From: Propionibacteriaceae bacterium
GTDB taxonomy: Bacteria > Actinomycetota > Actinomycetes > Propionibacteriales > Propionibacteriaceae
Assembly (NCBI GenBank): GCA_020846255.1
Contig: JADLEH010000148.1
Coordinates: forward strand, 1 to 51,651
Direction: 5' to 3'
DNA length: 51,651 nt
Position numbers and translations under genes: made by a program. Each line of letters starts with the position of its first letter. Position 1 is the stretch's first letter. The notes beneath the pieces were generated by a model that was not told where the DNA came from, ran no database searches, and saw only the letters and a list, made by a program, of their open reading frames with translations. Shown in pieces: positions 46,650-51,651 of the stretch.

Positions 46650-47150
46650 CTACTGCGCCTGGCCCGTCGTTGGCGGCAGCGGTGGCAGCCTGCCGGTGGT
46701 CTCGTAATCGGCGAGCATCTCGATCCGGCGGGCGTGCCGCGGGTCCCCGCTGAACGACGTGCTCAGGAAGGTGGAGACGAACTCGGTCACCTGCCCGGTC
46801 GGGTGCAGCCGGGCGCCGACGGCCAGCACGTTGGCGTCGTTGTGTTCGCGGGCCAGCCGGGCCGTCTCGTACGACCAGGCAAGGGCAGCCCTGATCCCGG
46901 CCACCTTGTTGGCCGAGATCTGCTCACCGTTGCCGGAGCCGCCGATCACAACGCCAAGGGCGGCGACCCCGGCCCGCTGGTCGGCGACGACAGCCTCGGC
47001 GGCGCGCAGGCAGAACACCGGGTAGTCGTCTTCGGGGTCATAGCCGAACGGCCCGTGGTCGACCGGCTCGTAGCCGTGGTCGCCGAGCCAGGTGAGCAGT
47101 GCGGCTTTCAGTTCGAGGCCGGCGTGGTCGGACCCAAGATGGACTCGCAT
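46650..47150 (-). CDS. rpiB: Ribose-5-phosphate isomerase B (actinobacterial type)
   Basis: GSDHAG, DDYP, GGSGNGE, AREHNDANV, RHARRI. Confidence 0.93.
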   Translation of the reverse strand: MRVHLGSDHAGLELKAALLTWLGDHGYEPVDHGPFGYDPEDDYPVFCLRAAEAVVADQRAGVAALGVVIGGSGNGEQISANKVAGIRAALAWSYETARLAREHNDANVLAVGARLHPTGQVTEFVSTFLSTSFSGDPRHARRIEMLADYETTGRLPPLPPTTGQAQ

Positions 47151-47276
47151 GCCGCCAGTCTTGCACCGGCTGTCCACACCCTTGGAAGCCGCCGGCCGGC
47201 GAATCCGCGGCCACCTCGCGCGCACCCACCCCGGTTGCTAACGTCGGCACCGTCCACGCAGAGCCAGGGAGCCACC

Positions 47277-47744
47277 ATGAGCGAGTTGACCGAACAACTG
47301 AAGGCAGAGGACCGCGAACTCCGCTTCGCCGACTTCACCCTCGACGACGCGTGGGCGCTGGGCTGCCGGCTGCGGGCAGCCGCCGTCGCGGCCGGGCTGC
47401 CGGTTGCGATCGGGATCCAGCTCGGCGAGCAGCGGGTGTTCCACACCGCGCTGCCTGGATCCAGCTCCGACAACGACCACTGGCTGGCAAGGAAGACCAG
47501 GGTGGCGCTGCGGTACGGGCAGGCGTCGCTGGCCGTCGGGGAGAGCTTCCGGGATCGGGGCAGCGACTTCGACACCTCGTCTCGGCTGGATCCGGGGGTG
47601 TACGCGGCGCACGGCGGCGTCGTGCCGATCCGGCTGGCCGGCGGCGCCGTGATCGGGGCGGTGGGGGTCTCGGGACTGCCGCAGCTCGAGGATCACGCCT
47701 TCGTCGTGGAGCACCTGCGCGCCTACCTGGCCGGGGGCGCCTGA
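47277..47744 (+). CDS. Heme-degrading/GlcG-HbpS (UPF0303)-like protein
   Basis: DAWALG, DNDHWLARK, YAAHGG..PI, GVSGLPQLEDH. Confidence 0.82.
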   Translation: MSELTEQLKAEDRELRFADFTLDDAWALGCRLRAAAVAAGLPVAIGIQLGEQRVFHTALPGSSSDNDHWLARKTRVALRYGQASLAVGESFRDRGSDFDTSSRLDPGVYAAHGGVVPIRLAGGAVIGAVGVSGLPQLEDHAFVVEHLRAYLAGGA

Positions 47745-47763
47745 GCTCCCACCCGCCCGCGCC

Positions 47764-48096
47764 TCACTTCGGCGGGAGGGTACGCACGAAGGCCAGGGCG
47801 TGCTCCAGCCACTCGCGCAGCTCGGCCTCGGTTTCCACCAGCGCCGTGTCGACGTGCAGCCAGCCGTCCAGCTCGCGCCCGTTCATCTCGAAGCGGCGCA
47901 CCCGGTCGCCGTCGATCAAAGCTGCGCCGGCCGCCGGATCCACCCGGAGCATCAGCCCGCCCCTGCCACTGGCTGCCCCGACCATGTTGCCGGCGAGCAG
48001 GAAAGCGCAGCCGCCGAACATCCGCTTCTCCGTGACCGCCGGCTCGAATGAAAGGGCCGCCCGGATCCGGCCGGCCAGCTCAAGGTCGTATGCCAT
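47764..48096 (-). CDS. TfoX/Sxy N-terminal domain protein
   Basis: MAYD..LA.RIR, EKRMFGG.AFL..GNM, LMLRV, GWLHV, FVRTLPPK. Confidence 0.85.
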   Translation of the reverse strand: MAYDLELAGRIRAALSFEPAVTEKRMFGGCAFLLAGNMVGAASGRGGLMLRVDPAAGAALIDGDRVRRFEMNGRELDGWLHVDTALVETEAELREWLEHALAFVRTLPPK

Positions 48097-48103
48097 GGCC
48101 GAA

Positions 48104-48125
48104 AGTATGGCCGCCGGTCCCGACA
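48104..48125 (-). promoter_or_regulatory. RecA-NDp/PafBC-like leaderless promoter for the tfoX-like gene
   Basis: TGTCGG-N10-CATACT, 7 nt before the ATG at 48096. Confidence 0.6.
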
Positions 48126-48138
48126 GGCCGGAAGGGGC

Positions 48139-49346
48139 TCAGCCGGCCACGAAGTCGCGCAGCCCCGACAGCACGCGGTCGACGTCGTCGTCGTCGCTGT
48201 AGGGCGCCAGCCCCAGGCGCAGGCCGTGCTCGTCGGGCGGGCAAAGCGCTGGAACGGCTCGTAGGCGTAGAACGAGCCGGCCGGTGCCAGCACCTTCCGG
48301 CGGGCGAGGAACTCATACGCCGCCCAGGCCCGACGGCCGGGGAGCGACAGCAGCAGGGTCGGGGTCCGGTCGGCCGCGCGGGAGTGCACGAGCACGTCCG
48401 GGGACAGCTCAGCCAGACCCGCCTCGAGCCGTTCCCGGAGGCGCAGTTCGTGCGCATCGACAGCGTGCAGCGATGCCCGCAACCGCTCCCGCCGGGTGCT
48501 CGCCGTCCCGGGCGCGATCCCGGCGAGGAAGTCGACGGCCGCGGTGGCCCCGGCCAGCACCTCATAGGGCAGGGTGCCCAGCTCGAAACGTTCCGGCACC
48601 TGGTCGGTGGCCGGCAGCAGCTTGTCCGGCCAGAGGGTCGCCAGGAGCTCCGGATCCGCGGCCAGCACGCCGCAGTGCGGCCCGAGGAACTTGTAGGGAG
48701 AGCAGACGAAGAAGTCGGCGCCGAGGCCGGCGACGTCGACGAACTGGTGCGCTGCATAGTGCACCCCGTCGACGTGGACCAGCGCGCCGAACTGGTGAGC
48801 CAGACCGGCGATCCTGCGGACCTCCGGCTTGGTGCCGAGCAGGTTCGAGGCGCCGGTGACGGCGACCAGCCTTGTCCGGGTCGTGATGGCGGTGGTCAGG
48901 CTCGCTTCGTCGAGTTCGGAGGTGGCCGGGTCGAAGTCGATCCAGCGGACCCCGGCACCGACAGCCTCGGCCGCCTGCACCCAGGGCCGGACGTTGGCGT
49001 CGTGGTCGAGCCGGGTGACGACCACCTCGTCCCCGGCGCGCCACTGCCTGGCCAGGACCCGGGACAGGTCGTAGGTGAGCTGGGTGGCGCTGCGGCCGTG
49101 GACGATCCCGCTCGCCGGAACACCGAGCAGGTCGGCGTAGGCGGAGCGGAAGCCGGTGACGGCAGCGTCCGCGTTGGCCTCGGACTCGCTGAGCCGGCCC
49201 CGGTTGGACAGCGGCGAGGTGAGGGTGTCAGCAATCGCCCGGCCGACCTCGGTCGGGGTCTGGGTGCCGCCAGGACCGTCGAAGTGCGCTGTCCCCGACC
49301 GTAGCGAAGGGAAGTGGGTGCGCAGGGCTGCGACGTCGTAGGTCAT
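48139..49346 (-). pseudogene. Cysteine desulfurase-like PLP protein with 1-nt frameshift near the 3' end (or sequencing error)
   Basis: FDGPGGTQ, DHDANVRPW, CSPYKFLGPH. The family-like tail PDEHGLRLGLAPYSDDDDVDRVL..* continues in another frame after 48238-48239. Confidence 0.8.
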
Positions 49347-49489
49347 CTGGGTACTCCCGCCAGGTTCTGGGCCGAGCGCGAGTCTAGGGGTGTCGCGCCG
49401 CCGGCGAGCGGCGGTCCGGGAGCGACTGGTGTACCTGGCGGTGCGGAGCAGCGTCGACCAGATCCAAAACGTGACACTCCGGCGGGAGG

Positions 49490-50128
49490 TCAGTTGTCGG
49501 AGCCCCTCGGGATGCCAAGGGTTGCGAGCAGGTCCTCGTGGAACTGGATCCAGACCAGCTGGCAGGAGGCCCGGTCCGGGGCGTCGAGCCAGGCCCCGTC
49601 GCCGGACTGGACGCGCAACAAGGCGTCCCGGTGCGCCTCGGTATGGCCGGCGAACCTGCTCAGGACGGCCGTCAACCGGCTGCACAGGCCGGCCAGCCCC
49701 GAGTCGATCCGGACCAGCCGTTCGAGCACAGCCGAGTCCCAGCGGAAGTCGGTGTGGTCGTTGGCAGCGAACGGGTCCCACGGCCGTGGCCGGAGCTGCC
49801 AGTCGGTGCAGGCCCGGCCGTGCTCGGCGTTGAGGTGCAGGAAGTCGGCATGGACCGCTGCGACGATCTGCCTGGCGCCGACGGCGTCGAGCTCAGCCGC
49901 CAGCTGCCGCTCCTCCTCGGCCCGGCCGGCTTCGGTCATCGACCACGTGACGTGGCCGAGGAAGTCGTAGCGGCCCACCCAGCCGCGGGCCTGCGCGTCC
50001 AGCAACAGCTCACGCACCTCTGCAGCGTCCAGCCGGAACCTCCGGGCCAGCAGGTCGATGGTTGGTGCCCCGAGCACCCGGACGCCGTGGAGGGTCAGAA
50101 GCTCCGGGGACGACCGGTGGGCGGTCAT
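49490..50128 (-). CDS. Putative winged-helix protein (Rv1126c-like)
   Basis: N-terminal wHTH-like region ending W.MTEAGR; CTDWQLR and W..FHEDLLATLG motifs. Confidence 0.65.
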   Translation of the reverse strand: MTAHRSSPELLTLHGVRVLGAPTIDLLARRFRLDAAEVRELLLDAQARGWVGRYDFLGHVTWSMTEAGRAEEERQLAAELDAVGARQIVAAVHADFLHLNAEHGRACTDWQLRPRPWDPFAANDHTDFRWDSAVLERLVRIDSGLAGLCSRLTAVLSRFAGHTEAHRDALLRVQSGDGAWLDAPDRASCQLVWIQFHEDLLATLGIPRGSDN

Positions 50129-50324
50129 CGGATCCGGCTCGTGATCATGGTTACCGCAGCCTAGGGCACCGTCGGTGCACCTACGACGGTCACGCCCGCC
50201 GCGCCGCCCCGGGCAGCGATGCCGTTGCCTGGACGCGGGGGAGTGTCGAGTTCGCCATTGGAAGGGGTTGGTCGCGCGAGTGGTGGAACCGGCGCCGAAT
50301 TACCCGATGATGCCGATTCCCAGC

Positions 50325-50354
50325 TTGATTCGATGCCGACCTGACCAATAGAGT
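50325..50354 (+). promoter_or_regulatory. Housekeeping-sigma-type promoter for lsr2
   Basis: TTGATT-N18-TAGAGT; SD GAAAGGA before the ATG at 50388. Confidence 0.55.
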
Positions 50355-50387
50355 CATACGACTTCATACACTCAGAAAGGACCCGGC

Positions 50388-50720
50388 ATGGCTCGCACCT
50401 TTGTCGCCGTTATCAAGGACGATCTGACTGGCGAGGTGATCGAAGACGGCCAGGCCGAAACCATTGAGTTTGCGATCAACGGCAAGTCCTACACGATCGA
50501 CCTCGGCAGCAAGAACGCCGCCGATTTCCACAAGGCATTCGAGAAGTACGTCGCCGTTGCAACCCGGGTCGGCGCTTCGGCTCGCGGGCGCAAGGCCCCA
50601 GCTCGCGGCAAGGAGGACCTGTCCGCGATCCGTGCCTGGGCAAGCGAGAACGGCCACACCGTCGCCGCCCGCGGTCGGATCAGCGCCGAGATCAAGGAAG
50701 CCTACGAGCGGGCCCATTGA
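50388..50720 (+). CDS. lsr2: Lsr2-family nucleoid-associated protein
   Basis: DDLTG..ETIEF.I.G..Y.IDL dimerisation domain; IRAWA..NG..V..RGRI AT-hook domain. Confidence 0.92.
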   Translation: MARTFVAVIKDDLTGEVIEDGQAETIEFAINGKSYTIDLGSKNAADFHKAFEKYVAVATRVGASARGRKAPARGKEDLSAIRAWASENGHTVAARGRISAEIKEAYERAH

Positions 50721-50747
50721 GCTTCCCGGCACGGCTCCAGGTCGGGG

Positions 50748-51185
50748 CTAACCGGCGGCTCCGGCGGCCATGACGTCGGTACCGTCGGACAGCACCGGAG
50801 AGATGAAGCCGAAGATGTTCCCGTCGGGATCGATCAGGTAGCCCAGCCGGCCGACTCCAGCCATGTCCGTCGGCGGGAGTGCGCCGACGGCACCGAGTTC
50901 GATGCCCTGGTTGAAGGTGGCGTCGACGTCGTCAACGGCGACCACCAGGTTCGCGCCGGTCACCGGGCCGCCCACCTGCGGACTCGGTCCCTGTCGCTTC
51001 ACCAGGCCGCCGTTGATCCCGTGCCCGGCCGAGCCTTGAGCTGCTGATCCCTCACCGGTCGTGATCGACCAGTAGTCCATGTCACCGAACTTGGTGAAGT
51101 CCCACCCGAACAGGGCGGAATAGAAGTCGATGAGTCGCTGCGGATCTGCTGCGTGGATCTCGAAGTGGACCACGAGACTTGCCAT
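50748..51185 (-). CDS. VOC/glyoxalase family protein
   Basis: VVHFEIHA.D, FYSALFGW.F, GINGG, VDDVD, DPDGNIFG; SD GGAGGAG. Confidence 0.88.
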   Translation of the reverse strand: MASLVVHFEIHAADPQRLIDFYSALFGWDFTKFGDMDYWSITTGEGSAAQGSAGHGINGGLVKRQGPSPQVGGPVTGANLVVAVDDVDATFNQGIELGAVGALPPTDMAGVGRLGYLIDPDGNIFGFISPVLSDGTDVMAAGAAG

Positions 51186-51472
51186 GACTCCTCCTGCCGG
51201 TCGTTCGGGCGCCTGCGTGTGCCTTCCAAGTCTCGTCCCGCCCGGGCGACCCGGCAAGGCCGGTGAACGGGGCAGCCGTACCCATCCCCGAATCCAGCCG
51301 GCCTGATTCCTGGTTATGCGGGCCCGGGAAGCGAATGGCCACATCCTGTGGGTTCGAGGTGATTCGGCTGTCGGGTGGGCCGCTTTGCCACGGATATCCC
51401 GGCGCCACCCCATTGGATCCGGCCTCGGTTTAGGCTCGCGGTAGGAATTGCGGAATCCGGGGGAGGAAGCCG

Positions 51473-51651
51473 ATGGCGTTGTTCGACCAGCAACCGATGG
51501 GCCCGGTACCGGCTCGCCGACCGATCCTCATCCCCCCGGACCCCGAACTCGAGGCATTGGTGGACGACCCGGTTCGCGCCGACGTCCGGATCCTCGAGCC
51601 GGTGCCGAGGGAGTTGGCCGAAGGGCAGCCCGGGGATCGGCGATCCAAGGC
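51473..51651 (+). CDS. Hypothetical protein, 5' part (runs off the window edge)
   Basis: TAGGCT -10, SD GGAGGA, ATG at 51473; open frame MALFDQQPMGPVPARRPILIPP... to the edge. Confidence 0.5.
   Translation, partial: MALFDQQPMGPVPARRPILIPPDPELEALVDDPVRADVRILEPVPRELAEGQPGDRRSK

Noticed and set aside
47157-47178. TGTGGA-N10-AAGACT upstream of rpiB / DnaA-box-like CTGTCCACA
   Set aside because: Too many mismatches for RecA-NDp, and a single imperfect DnaA box is uninformative.
51430-51648. 72-aa minus-strand ORF at the right edge
   Set aside because: The plus-strand frame from 51473 has a -10 and a strong SD and is the better candidate.
1-51651. CRISPR arrays, IS elements, integrases, rRNA/tRNA
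   Set aside because: None detected by eye; the only repeats found are short intragenic ones.

Overview
High-GC actinobacterial chromosomal window (the gene set suggests Propionibacteriaceae; this is inference). From left to right: (1) the start of a DUF3107 gene; (2) a tightly coupled nine-gene minus-strand operon, 182-11678, encoding TelA, an XpaC-like protein, a CbbX/SpoVK-type AAA+ ATPase, a GlnX-like 4-TM sensor, a coiled-coil protein, a PknG-like kinase, a Zn-ribbon PP2C phosphatase, a vWA protein and a Zn-ribbon FHA protein. This operon is the best candidate for an uncharacterised signalling, stress or defence system. (3) An 18-kb DNA-repair block, with recCBD (+DUF2200) lying inside the adnAB-nudC...uvrD2 locus. 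(4) The conserved ABC1 kinase / ThiF-like / DUF5679 / M48 / zincin / PDZ-Lon / PPA1309 / UPF0182 neighbourhood, where whiB7 is not visible; an MFS gene, a methyltransferase and a small ORF with a structured leader sit in its place. (5) An M16 peptidase pair, ScyD/E, DUF2087, rpiB, a heme-binding protein, TfoX, a frameshifted cysteine-desulfurase-like gene, lsr2 and a VOC gene. RecA-NDp/PafBC-like promoter motifs (TGTC[CG]G-N10-TAnnnT) occur upstream of recC, uvrD2, adnA (degenerate), the M48 protease gene and tfoX. I saw no tRNA, rRNA, CRISPR array or transposase. All family calls are from motif recognition by eye; no database searches were run.
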